From Tilletiaria anomala UBC 951 (lineage: Eukaryota): a stretch of 64,000 nt of DNA. Every line of letters begins with the position of its first letter. Within the stretch, counting starts at the first letter, position 1. Below the pieces are notes generated by a model. That model searched no databases. It had not been told where the DNA came from and saw nothing but the letters and a program-made list of their open reading frames with translations. The position numbers were made by a program, and so were the translations under genes. Shown piece by piece: positions 49,664 through 62,045 of the stretch. The DNA lies in the NCBI RefSeq assembly GCF_000711695.1, contig NW_013547021.1, positions 186,001 to 250,000 of the forward strand, read 5' to 3'.

Positions 49664-52600
49664 ATGGCGGCGATGGACGGCGGACTCGCGCCCTCTGCGT
49701 CGCTAGCCTCTTTGAATGGGTTCTCAGGTCATGGCGACGCGTCTGGGTCGAGTGCCGATTTCGAGCTTGGCCTTCTGCGAGCATACCTAACCGCATTACT
49801 ACCGCCACTACTCAATGCCGACATTGTCGCGCTGAACAAGGGCATCTTCAGCGAGAAAGCGGGTTGGACGCAAGCCGCAGCGCAGTTTGCGCGAGATCCC
49901 TCGATACCCGTGGTCTACATCAATCAAATCAGGCAGAGCATTGTAGAACAGGACGAAAGGGAAGATGGTGAGCTGTGCCATGGGCCACGCGCCAATCGCT
50001 ACTTGGGTTGAGCTAAAATTAGAGCTCTTGCGACTCGGCGATCCCAGATCCGTACACATACAACATCACGTCAACTGTGTCCTACTCGCCTCAGCACGTT
50101 GCGAGCATCGCGCTCATCAAGCGCGTACCCACGCTCGAGGCGGACGTACCACTATCACAACAGCTGCATCTACTGTCGTTGTTCGGACCAGCTAGCTCTC
50201 TGGGCCTTCCGGGGACAGGGCAAGGGACGAAAGGCTCTGGAGCAGGCGCGGGGACCAATGGCCGGGCCGACACCTCCGCGCAAGGCGCGATGATCCTTCG
50301 AGAGACACCTTATGAGGCCCTACACAGTGTTGTGCATCATGTCATGGCCCCGTGGTTCGATGCATACGTCAGCAGCAAGAGCATCCCAACCGCTACAGGC
50401 GGAGACGGCTTGGCAGTCGCAGCAAAGGGGGGCAAGGAGAATGACGCGCGGCTAGGGATTCCGATGACCAAGAAAAAGTTCGCAGAACTCGAGCTGTCGC
50501 TTCTGCACCTTCAGCAGAATGTCGAGATTCCAGAAATCCAGCTTGGTGTTCACCCTGTTGTTAGGCAGACCGTGGAGAGATGCCAAGCAGAGGAGCGGAG
50601 GATCACTGTCGATGCGGTCGAACCACAGTCAATCCTTCAGGACAGCTTGTTCCTGAATCGGTTGCAGGCGGACGTCAATGCATGGGTCAAGGAGATTCAA
50701 ACAGTAACGAAGCTGGATCGCGACCCTGCCTCCGGCACGGCTTCACAAGAGATCAACTTCTGGCTGTCGATGGAAAAGGCGCAAGAGCAGATCGAAGGCC
50801 AGCTTCGGTCAGAGCCTGTCGTGCTGACCCTCGATATCTTGCGATATGCTAAGCGATTTCATGCGACCACATCATTCCTTGCCGACACGGGTCTCAAAGA
50901 CTGCTCAGAACGGACGCACGGCTTCAACTTGCTCATGCGCGATTTCCCCATCAATGATCTGCTCTCCGCTACAGACCTGGATCGATGTGCGGACTCGCTC
51001 TTATCTGTTTTCGCGCACCTGAACAAGAAACTGCGCATCAGCCCTTATCCTGTCAAGAAAGCACTCGCGCTTGTGGACGCCATCAGCAGGGATCTAAACG
51101 ACACCATGGTCAAGGTCTTGGGTCCCATGCGGATCATGTATCAAGAGTATGACCGCTTCTATGCGACTCTCGAAGCAACTTCGCGGGTGTTTGCAGCTTG
51201 GGATGATGGCGCAAAAGAGTTCGTCTCGACGGGTCGTGATGTCATCAAGAAGCGCGCAGAGAAGTTCTTACCGATCAAGGTAAACCCTGTGCACCTGAAG
51301 CTTAGAGAACGACTGAGCTATCTCGCCACCTTCCGAAAAACGCACGAGCAGCTACGCGCCATGGTATCTTCTGGCAAGGCCATGACGCTTGCATCGACCG
51401 CTATCAGCGCAGAAAAGCAGCAGCAAACGCTGGCAGGCATTGAGATGACGGAAGAGATCCGCGCGGCGTACGACTCGGTCAAAGTCATCGATGTTCTTGA
51501 CGTCAGTCAGGAAGGTACGGAGATCTGGGGCACGGCGGAGCTGGCATATAATGAGAGGGTCGCACGGGTTGAGAACAGCTTGATTGCACGCTTGCGAGAT
51601 CTGCTTGGGCAGGCGAAGACGGCACGGGACATGCTGCGCGTGCTCTCACAATTCAACACACTTTTCGTGCGCCCCAAAGTGCGCGGTGCTGTCCAAGAAT
51701 ACCAGCAGCAGCTCCTGCACAGCGTCAAGGCCGATATCCAAGGTCTGCATGACAAATTCAAGGCGCAATACCAGCATTCCGAGGCCAATCACATGAGCCA
51801 GCTGCGGGATCTACCTAGCATCGCAGGTGCGATCATCTGGACGCGCCAAATCGAACGCCAGCTCAACATATACATGCGCAGAGTCGAAGATGTGCTGGGA
51901 AGAGGGTGGGAGCAGTACGCCGAGGGCCAGAAGCTCAAGAACGAGAGTGATGGGTTCAGGCGGAAGCTCGACCCCACGCCGTTGCTGCAGTCTTGGCTCA
52001 AAGAGATTCAACGACGAGACCTGAACGTCACAGGACGCATGTTTGCTGTGCTATATACTCGGGCGACCGGCAAGTACCAGCTGGCGGTCAATTTTGATTC
52101 GCAAGTCATCACTCTCTTCAAGGAGGTCCGCAATTTGCTGTGGATCAACTTGCCAACACCTACCATTCCTTATGCCATTAACAACGTTGCTCGAGAGGCG
52201 AGGCGAATCTATCCGCACGCAGTCTCGCTCATGGAGACGGTCAGGACTTACAATCAGACGAATAGCCTCGTTTCTCCTCAGCCAAAGATTGTGCCGCTAC
52301 TCGCGGCTCTCCGGACCGAGGTCAACAGCTTGATCTCTAAAGGGATGTCCATCCGCTGGGAGACGCTAAAGACATTTGATCTCAACCGCACTGCCAATTA
52401 TCTGCCTGGCTCCGGCGCAACCGACAAAATGGATCACAAGACTGTCGCTTTCGTTCGCCAGCTTGCTAGCTCTGTCAGCCTCTACCAGGACAAGGCGAAC
52501 GATCTCATTGCAATGCAGAACGAGATGCAGGGACTCGTAGATGAGCTAGCTGCCTGCCCTTTCTCGTTCGACGAATTCTCGCAACGGCTGTCCAAGATGC

Positions 52601-55600
52601 AGCAGACAGTGGACCGACTCAACCTCGAAGGGTACCCAAACTTGGAGGAATGGGTCGCCGACTTAGATGCCGCTGTCGAGAATGCACTCATTGAGAGGCT
52701 GCGGACGATCATCGCGCTTTGGTGTAGCGAATTCGCCAAAGAACGCCGTAGTGGAGACAGCGGGCTTCTCAGAGATGTGACCAATACGGTCGGTAGACGA
52801 GGGAAAGAGCGGGTCATGGTGACAAAGGTACTTTCGACGTCTGCAGAAATGGCTAGTATGAGTCCTCACTGATCTGATTCGCCTGAACGCTGTCCAGGGA
52901 TCTGCCGCATCTCGCGATCAAGTCGATCTGGCAACCGTGACGCATGAAGTCCGTCTGCAAAACCATGTCATCTACCTGGAGCCGCCGTTGGAGCAAGCCC
53001 GATCAGATTGGTTCAGGCAGCTACATGCGGTTCTGTCCAAAGTATGCGCCCTTCAGCGTGTGCAAAGCGCGCGTTATGAGCTTGGTTTCCAGCTTTCGGA
53101 AGGGCGACACAAGGACGTCACCTTCACGTCGCTTCTGACCAAGCTTCCTCAGGGTACCCTCGAACGCCCTGTGGCACTCATCGAGTCAAAGATCGCCGAG
53201 CTCACACAATACGTCGGCAAATGGCTCCAGTTTCAGTCGCTCTGGGATTTGGAAGCAGAGCGTGTTTTCGACAGCCTCGGTGAATCTCTACCCAAATGGC
53301 AGCAGCTCCTGGCCGAGATTCGCAAAACGCGCGCTACTTTTGACAATTCTGAATCCCAGCGCTCTTTCGGCATTGCTGTGATCGACTATGAACAAGTTCA
53401 GAGCCGTGTCAACGCCAAGTACGATGCATGGCAGAAAGACATTCTCAACAAATTCGGCTCTAAACTCCGAAGTGCCATGAGCGAAATGTACGCGATCGTC
53501 TCTAAAGCGCGCACAGACTTGGAACAACATAGCATTGAAAGCAGCTCGACCGCAGCGACTGTGACCTTCATCACCTTTGTGCAAGACCTTAAGCGCAGTG
53601 TCAAGAAGTGGGCACCCCAGATGGAGATCTTTAGCACAGGTCAAAAGACGCTTGAGCGGCAACGGTACATGTTCCCTGCGGATTGGCTATATGTCGACCA
53701 GGTAGAGGGGGAATGGAGCGCATTCAACGAGATTCTGAAGCGCAAGAATGCCAGCATTCAGGAGCAGCTGGCCGGCCTTCAGCTGAAGATCACTGCGGAG
53801 GACAAAATCCTTGAAGAGAAGATAACCACGCTGGTTGCCGAGTGGGAACGACAAAAGCCGATCCAGGGCAACCTGAAAGCTGATGCCGCCATGTCGACCA
53901 TCTCATCTTTTGAGACACGGCTACAAAGGCTCAGTGACGAACGTGACTTGATCGCGCGAGCTAAGGAAGCATTAGACCTGGAGCACAAGGCCGATGACCG
54001 CCTGGAGCCCATCTCCGAGGAGCTGCGCGACTTGAAAGGCGTCTGGACCGCTTTGTCTGGTACGTGGAGCCAGATCTCTGAGCTTCGCGACATCCAGTGG
54101 CACAACGTGCAACCCAGAAAGATTCGGCAACAGCTGGATGCCTTGCTCAATCAGACAAAAGAGCTGCCAAGTCGCATGCGACAGTATGCCGCATTTGAGC
54201 ATGTGCAGGATGTGCTGAGGACTCTGCTCAAGTGTAACATTCTCGTTTCTGATCTCAAGTCAGAGGCGATGCGCGAAAGGCACTGGAGGTCGCTCTACAA
54301 GCAGCTCAAGGTTCAGGCTCACTACACGCCTTCGACAATGACGCTCGGCACAGTCTGGGACCTCGATCTCAAGAAGCATGAAAACACAGTAAAGGCGGTG
54401 CTTGCGACTGCGCAAGGCGAACTTGCCTTGGAAGAATATCTCAAGCAAGTCCGTGAAACATGGACCAACTTCACGCTGGAGTTGGTCAACTATCAAAACA
54501 AATGTCGTCTAATTAAGGGCTGGGACAATCTGTTCCAATTGGCTGGTGACAATTTGAATGCTCTTCGAGCAATGTCCATGTCCCCGCACTACAAGGTCTT
54601 CGAAGAAGAGGCGAGCCTATGGGAAGAGCGTTTGTCCAAGATCTCGGTCCTGTTCGATACCTGGATCGATGTGCAGCGACAGTGGGTCTATCTCGAAGGC
54701 ATCTTCAGCGGCAGCGCAGAGATTCGTCACATTCTCCCCGTCGAAAGTTCACGATTCCAGAACATCAATACGGAGTTCCTCGCCGTCATGAAGAAAGTCT
54801 ACAAATCGCCTTTCATCTTGGATGTGCTCAATATCCCAGGCGTTCAGAAAAGCCTTGATCGACTCGCGGACCTGCTCGGGAAGATTCAGAAGGCTCTTGG
54901 TGAATACTTGGAGCGAGAGCGGTCAAATTTCCCTCGATTCTACTTCGTCGGAGATGAGGACCTGCTCGAGATCATCGGCAACAGCAAAGATGTTCTGCGC
55001 GTGATGAAGCACCTGAAGAAAATGTTCGCAGGCATTGCAACCATCGAGGTCGACGAGGACATCACCGAACTTCGCGCCATGGCCAGCAGAGAGGGCGAGA
55101 CGGTGCGCTTCAAGTCACCAATCCTTCTCAAAGATTACACGAAAGTGAATGATTGGTTAGCAAAGATCGAGAGCGAGATGCGGGTCTCTCTGTCCTACAA
55201 GCTCTCGCAGGCATACGAGGATCTGCAGACTTTCTACAGCGCGGAAGAAGGACTATCGCCAGAGAAGTTCCTGGACTGGATCGATGTCTACCCGGCGCAA
55301 TTGGTGGTGCTCACTGTGCAAATCATATGGACAACTCTGGTTGAACAGACCTTGAAGGCCGGCCGAGCTTTGGAAGAACCTCTCAACATCGTCCTTCGCG
55401 GGCTCGACATGCTAGCGGATACAGTTCTGACTGACGTGCCGATGCTGAAAAGGCGCAAGTGCGAGCATTTGATCACCGAGCTTGTGCATCAACGCGACGT
55501 CATCAGACTGCTCATGGCTCAGCAAGTCCAAGATGAGAAGGACTTTGCGTGGCTCTACCAGATGCGCTTCTACATTGACTCGTCAATAACAGATCCACTG

Positions 55601-58600
55601 GACCGCTTGACAGTGCAAATGGCGCAATCCGTATTCCCGTACGGCTACGAATATTTGGGCGTCCCTGACCGCCTTGTTCAGACGCCGTTGACCGACAGGT
55701 GCTACCTCACCCTCACGCAAGCACTCAACTTCCAGCTCGGCGGTGCGCCCTTTGGACCCGCTGGAACCGGAAAGACAGAGTCGGTCAAGGCGTTGGGCGT
55801 CCAGCTGGGCATGTTTGTCCTTGTCTTCTGCTGTGACGAGACTTTCGACTTCCAGGCCATGGGTCGTATCTTCGTCGGTCTCTGTCGCGTAGGCGCGTGG
55901 GGCTGTTTTGACGAGTTCAACCGTCTTGAAGAGCGAATCTTGTCCGCCGTGTCGCAGCAGGTGCAGACAATTCAGCATGGCCTATCCGCTTCTGTTTCGA
56001 ACCCAAACACTGAAGTGGAACTTGTCGGAAAGAGTGTCAAGATCAACCCAAGGACGGGCATCTTCATCACGACGAACCCGACGTATGCTGGAAGGTCGCA
56101 ATTGCCAGACAATCTGAAGAAGCTCTTCCGCAACATGGCGATGACACATCCAGATAGGGAGCTGATCGCGCAAGTCATGCTCTTCTCGCAAGGCTTCCGC
56201 ACGGCAGAAGTCCTTGCAAGCAAGATTGTTCCGTTCTTCAATCTATGCTCAGAGCAACTCAGCCCTCAACCTCATTACGACTTTGGCCTTCGTGCCCTCA
56301 AGTCTGTTCTGGTCAGCGCTGGGCAGCTCAAACGCGAGAAGCTTCTCGCAGGCGCAAGCGACGCCGACCCGGCGCAGCTTGGCCAGTCCGAACAGGAGCT
56401 CTTGATTCAGAGCGTGTCGGAGACCATCGTTCCGAAGCTCGTAGCGGATGACGTTCCTCTGCTTACAAGCTTGCTTCAAGACGTATTCCCAAGCGTGCAG
56501 TATAAACCAGCCGCGCTGGAAAAGCTCAAGGAGCATATTGCCGCGGTCTGCGCCGAGCAAAATCTTGTGAATGACGGTCTGTGGCTGGACAAAGTCATTC
56601 AGCTTTACCAGATCCAAAAGATCTCTCACGGTCTTATGCTCGTCGGCCCGTCGGGAACTGGCAAGTCTTTGGCATGGCGCGTGCTGCTCTCCGCGCTGGA
56701 AAAGCTGGAAGGCGTCGAGGGAGTGTCGTACGTGATCGACCCCAAGGCAGTCTCCAAAGAGGCTCTATATGGAACGCTGGATCAGACCACGCGCGAGTGG
56801 ACCGACGGTCTCTTCACGCATGTCCTGCGCAAGATTATCGACAACGTTCGTGGTGAGAGCGCGAAGCGGCATTGGATCATCTTCGATGGAGACGTCGATC
56901 CGGAGTGGGTCGAGAACTTGAACAGGTGAGTGTATGCTTCTGAGCCGAAGCAGCAACAGTGCGTCAGCAGGCTGACATATCGCGGATCAGTGTTCTGGAT
57001 GACAACAAGCTTTTGACGCTGCCAAATGGAGAGCGACTGAATTTGCCACCAAACGTCCGTATCATCTTTGAAGTAGAACACCTCAAGTACGCTACTCTTG
57101 CCACGGTCTCTCGCTGCGGCATGATTTGGTTCAGCGACGATATCGTCACGCCGAGCATGCTGTATCACAACTATCTCAGCAACATGCGGTCGATGCTGCT
57201 TGGCAACGACGAGGATGACTCGCTCGGGATGGCCAAACCGAAGCGCGCGATCTTATCGGACGACTCGGAAGTGCCACCCGAATTGCAAAACCAGCGCGTC
57301 ATTGCAGATGCAATTGCTCCGTTCTTTGAGGAACAAGGCCTGGTCACCAAGTCTCTCGATTTCGCCCAATCGGTCTGGCACATCATGGACTTCACTGTGG
57401 CACGAGCCCTGAACACTCTGTTCAGCCTTTTGAACAAGACGGTTCGGAATGTTCAAGAGTACAACCAGGACCACGCGGATTTCCCTCTGACCAAGGAGCA
57501 GATCGAAAGTTATGCCGTCAAGAGGCTTCTCGTCGCTATCGTCTGGGCCTTCGCAGGAGACTCAAAGCTTGATATCCGTGCCGAAATGGGCGATTTCATT
57601 TCCTCTCAGGCTGGTATCGACTTGCCGCCGGTCGGACCTGGCGGCTCACTCATTGACTTTGAGGTGCAGATTGCTGGGTCCGAATGGTACCCCTGGCAAA
57701 CTAAGGTGCCAACAATCGAAATCGAGATGAGTGCGGTCCTTGCTTCCGACATTGTGATTCCGACCATGGACACCGTCCGACACGAAGAGGTCTTGTACTC
57801 ATGGCTATCAGAACACAAGCCGCTTATGCTGTGCGGACCGCCGGGCTCGGGCAAGACGATGACGCTGTTCAGCGCCCTTCGAAAGCTGACAGATATGGAG
57901 GTCGTCGGTCTCAACTTCTCCAGCGCGACCACGCCAGAGCTGATCCTCAAGACATTCGAGCAGTATTGCGAGTACCGCAAAACCCCCAACGGCGTGATTC
58001 TTTCCCCGCAACAGATTGGACGCTGGATTGTCGTCTTCTGCGACGAGATCAATCTCCCTTCAACGGACAAGTATGGCACACAACGTGTTATCTCATTCCT
58101 TCGACAGCTGGTGGAATGCGGCGGATTTTGGAGAACATCGGACAAGGCCTGGGTGCGATTGGAGCGCATTCAATTTGTTGGCGCGTGTAACCCGCCTACG
58201 GATCCAGGTCGTGTGCCTCTAAGCCACCGATTCCTGCGGCATGCGCCTCTGGTCATGGTTGACTATCCGGGTGAAATTTCGCTCAACCAAATCTATGCCA
58301 CCTTCAACCGAGCCATGCTCAAGGTTACGCCTAATCTGCGCGGCTTTGCTGAACCGCTCACAGCAGCCATGGTCGACTTCTATCTGGCCTCGCAAAATGA
58401 GTTCACACCAGATCGGCAAGCACATTACGTCTATAGTCCGCGTGAGCTTACGCGCTGGACAAGGGGCATCTACGCTGCCATTCAGCCCCTTGACACTCTC
58501 AATGTGGAGGGTCTTGTGCGTGTCTGGGCACACGAAGGCCTGCGCCTGTTCCAGGACCGCCTGGTCACTGAAGAGGAGCGCCAGTGGACCAATCAAAAGG

Positions 58601-59472
58601 TCGATGAGATCGCCATGAAACACTTCCCGACAATCGATCAGCTGGAGGCACTCTCACAACCGATTCTGTTCAGTCCTTGGATGTCAAAGCATGTGGTCTC
58701 TGTCTCACGCGACTCTCTCCGCAACTATGTTAGTGCTCGCCTCAAGCTCTTTGCTGAGGAAGAGCTCGACACATCGCTTGTCCTCTTCGACGGCGTCTTA
58801 GATCTTGCATGCAGCATCGACAGGATCTTGCGACAGCGACAAGGCCACGTTCTCATGCTCGGCCTCTCGGGTAGCGGACGTACCACGCTTTCGCGCTTTG
58901 TTGCTTGGATCAACGGTCTGAGCATCTTCCAGATCGCCACAAGCAACAAGTATGGCATGGCTGAATTCGACGAAGACTTGCGCGAGCTGCTCAGGAGGGT
59001 GGGCTGCAATGGAGAGAAGGTGTCATTCATCATTGACGAGTCGCAGGTCAAGGATCCCGCCCAACTGGAGAGGATGAACACACTTCTTGCCAACAATGAG
59101 GTCCCTGGTTTGTTCGAAGGTGACAATGCAGCTGCGTTGCTCACGGCTTGTAAAGAAGGCGCGCAGAGGGATGGCCTCATGCTCGACTCTCCCGAGGAAC
59201 TCCTCAAATGGTTCTCCAGCGAGATTTCGAAGAACTTGCATGTGGCGAGTGTTGTCATTTAGACGTAATCGAGGAATGACCGTTGCTGACCTTGCGTTTT
59301 GCTGCAGACCTTTACGATGAATCCACCTTCGGCCGGCATGGGCTCGCGTGCCGCAGCCTCACCAGCTTTGGTGAGCTTCCTCGCATGTCAGCTTGTTCGC
59401 AGACTAACCGCTGACACCTGTACTCCATTTCCGTCGCAGTTCAATCGTTGTACGCTCCTGTACTGTTGGTGA
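49664..59472 (+). CDS. dyn1: Cytoplasmic dynein heavy chain, N-terminal part only (Dyn1 of a split dynein: tail, linker, AAA1-AAA4 partial); 6 exons, 3153 aa by my splice model
   Basis: Exons 49664-49967, 50048-52827, 52898-56925, 56991-59244, 59308-59370, 59440-59472 (9462 nt, in frame). P-loops [32 protein letters not shown]. Ends [14 protein letters not shown] with no stalk, MTBD, AAA5 or AAA6. A convergent gene ends 100 bp downstream. Confidence 0.95.
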
Positions 59473-59571
59473 ACAATGCCACTTTGCTGTCGCTAATTCT
59501 ACAAGTTGATGCAATTCAAACGTCCGTGTGTCTGTACATCCCCCAGCAGCAGCTGTGCCGCTACCAAATCT

Positions 59572-61620
59572 TCATGGGGTGGGGGCATGCACGTGAGCAT
59601 CATGTTGCTGTGCTCGCTGCCGCAGCACTTCCGAGGGCAAGAGCAGCGTTTGCGTCCGCCGTGCGCCTCCGCCATCTTGAGCATCTGGGCCATCTGCAGC
59701 CAGACCGTGCATTTCGCATTCCTGTGCCAGGAAATGCTCCCGCATCATCTGGTTTTCCAATAAGGTTTGCTCGTACTCATAAGCCAAATCAAATTGCTTA
59801 GGCTGCACCTCGTATCCTTCCGACCCGCGCCGTACGCGGCTCCGCATGCCGTCCGCGAGACACTCGTCGCCGTGCGCTGAGAGCCCATCTCGCTCTGAGC
59901 TGGAATCAGAGTCACCAGTGGGTTCGCCAATGGGGAAGGCGCTTGTTGGATACGGCCGCGGTGCTCGGGAACCTTCCATCGATGGCCACAATGATTGCCT
60001 CTCATTCTCTTCGCCCAGGTCTGCATCTTCATCTTCGCCGTCCTCATCGGTGCTGGTGTCACTGCTCCGCCTTCCCTCGTCAGCATCGTAATCGTCTCTG
60101 TGGAGCCCAAAGTCCGGGTGCCATGGCGAGACGCTATAGTTGTAATGGTGGCTCTGGGATGGGCATTGTAACGCGCTGGATCGCGCCCCCTCGAGCTCAG
60201 GTTCGATCTGTTCAGCATCATGAGCCGTAGGCAGCTCGCCTCCGCCGACGTCGTGTACCCTTTGCCGCCGCTGATGCATTGATTCCGCGCGCTGTTTAGA
60301 CCCGGACGATGAAAGGCCGTGCCATCCGTTTTGCCCGCCAGTCACTGCTGCCTCGTATTCTCTTCGACCTGCCTTTTGACGCATATAGTCATGTTCAAGA
60401 GTCTTGAGTGGGTCCTTCGGCGGCCAGTCGTACTGCTTGTGCGGTTCGACCTGCGAACATGTCTCGTAGCTGAGCCCATCACCATCACACGCCTTGCGAC
60501 CAGGCATGAAGAACCAATGGACCGGTGTCGGACCAAGGACGACGGTGATATTCCGCCAGAATGGCGAGAGAGTGAATGGAAAATCGATCAAATCGCGTCC
60601 TCGCGCGAGGCGGCCGCGTCGTACCATCGTTTCGACCTTGTCCGTCTCGGCGCTTTCGACGGTGGTCATGTTGTTGCAGAGCAACCAGATGTGCCACATG
60701 GTAAAAACGCCGACAAGCAGCAAGGTGATGCCGCAAAATATATAATTCAGAATGCATAAGACCGTGACGGCCGTTGTTGGCGGTCTGAAGTACCCGCTAG
60801 TAGTCTGGCCCCAATAATCGAGGGCTATACAGGTGATCAGGACAAGGTGCGCCGAGCAGGTCACGCAAACGGAGTAAAGAAATCGCAGGAAATGCGGGTA
60901 ATTGTTGTGGCCAACGCAATTGGCGAGCCAGGGGCAGTGGTGGTCCATACGAAGGGTACAGCTCCGACAGGTCTTGCAATGATGGGCTCTCGGTGGTTTG
61001 TAGGCTTTGCAATGTCGACAGTAGCGAGGTTGGCTTGGGCGGATAGGTGGCCGTTGTTGCTGATGCTTGCGCACGAGCAGGGGTTTGTCGTCTTCTTCAA
61101 CTTGATCCTCGACCGCAAGCACTTGCTCTGACAGTGCCTGAGGAAGAGTTGGCGGACTCCAGCCCTTTGGCACCCGTCCAGGTGACGAAGTAACGCAAAG
61201 GAAGTAGTTAAAGTAGATGCAAGAGAGACCGATGTTGAAAGGGAGCAGAATCTTCCAGCACATGTCTCCCAGAGTGATCAGGATGCGATGCTTCGACTTC
61301 AAGTAGTAGTCAAGCAGTAGCAGCTGCACGGACAGGCCGAGGAAAGTGATTAGGGTGAGAGTTCCGCCGACCCTGGGGAGAGTCAGCCCAAGCAAGACTA
61401 TCACCGTCAGCGCAGTGGTGAAGAGCACAGCGCACGGCCGACGACAGGGGACTCACCAAATCTTCTCACTGAACTTCAGCGGTGCCCTCTGCTTCCTGAG
61501 TTCCTTGTCGTCAATACAACCCACTGGTGTACTTTGTTGCCCCTTCTGAGTTGCGGCCTGACTGTCGGACATGATGGCGTCGCAGTCCACGAGCACCGCA
61601 CCAGTCCCCGCCGATGACAT
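59572..61620 (-). CDS. PFA4: DHHC palmitoyltransferase, Pfa4-like; intron 61373-61456
   Basis: Motifs YFLCVTSSPGRVPKGW, RYCRHCKAYKPPRAHHCKTCRSCTLRMDHHCPWLANCVGHNNYPHFLRFL, NMTTVE, GDGLSY, WPPKDP, RVRRGSEGYEV. Confidence 0.93.
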
Positions 61621-62045
61621 CTGATCGGCTACCGTGAATGCAAGGCCGAAAGTGAGCAGATCATGGTTATGCGGTAAAGAGCACACCTCGAGCTGATCTG
61701 CAGCCGTACTTTGTTGCGCTTGCCGCTTTTGGCCATGTAGACGATTGCCATTTTACCCTATGATCGGTGTGTTTGCCTTGAATGCATGGACCGTGTATGC
61801 TCCCATGAGCTCGAGAGAGGGCGTATAAGACATGAACACTTGAGGGCGGAACGCGGAGTTCCTTCGCTGTGATTCTCGAAGCTCGCAGGCAAAAAAAACC
61901 ATCGTGGCCGTCGTCATCGTCAGCACTCCCATCAGTACGGCAGGCATCACCCCACCTCCCTTACACTCATTGAGACTCGAAGTTGTTTGCTCCGTCCTCA
62001 AGCTCAGTATAGCTACGGAGCACCTGCGGAAAGTAGACGCTCAGT

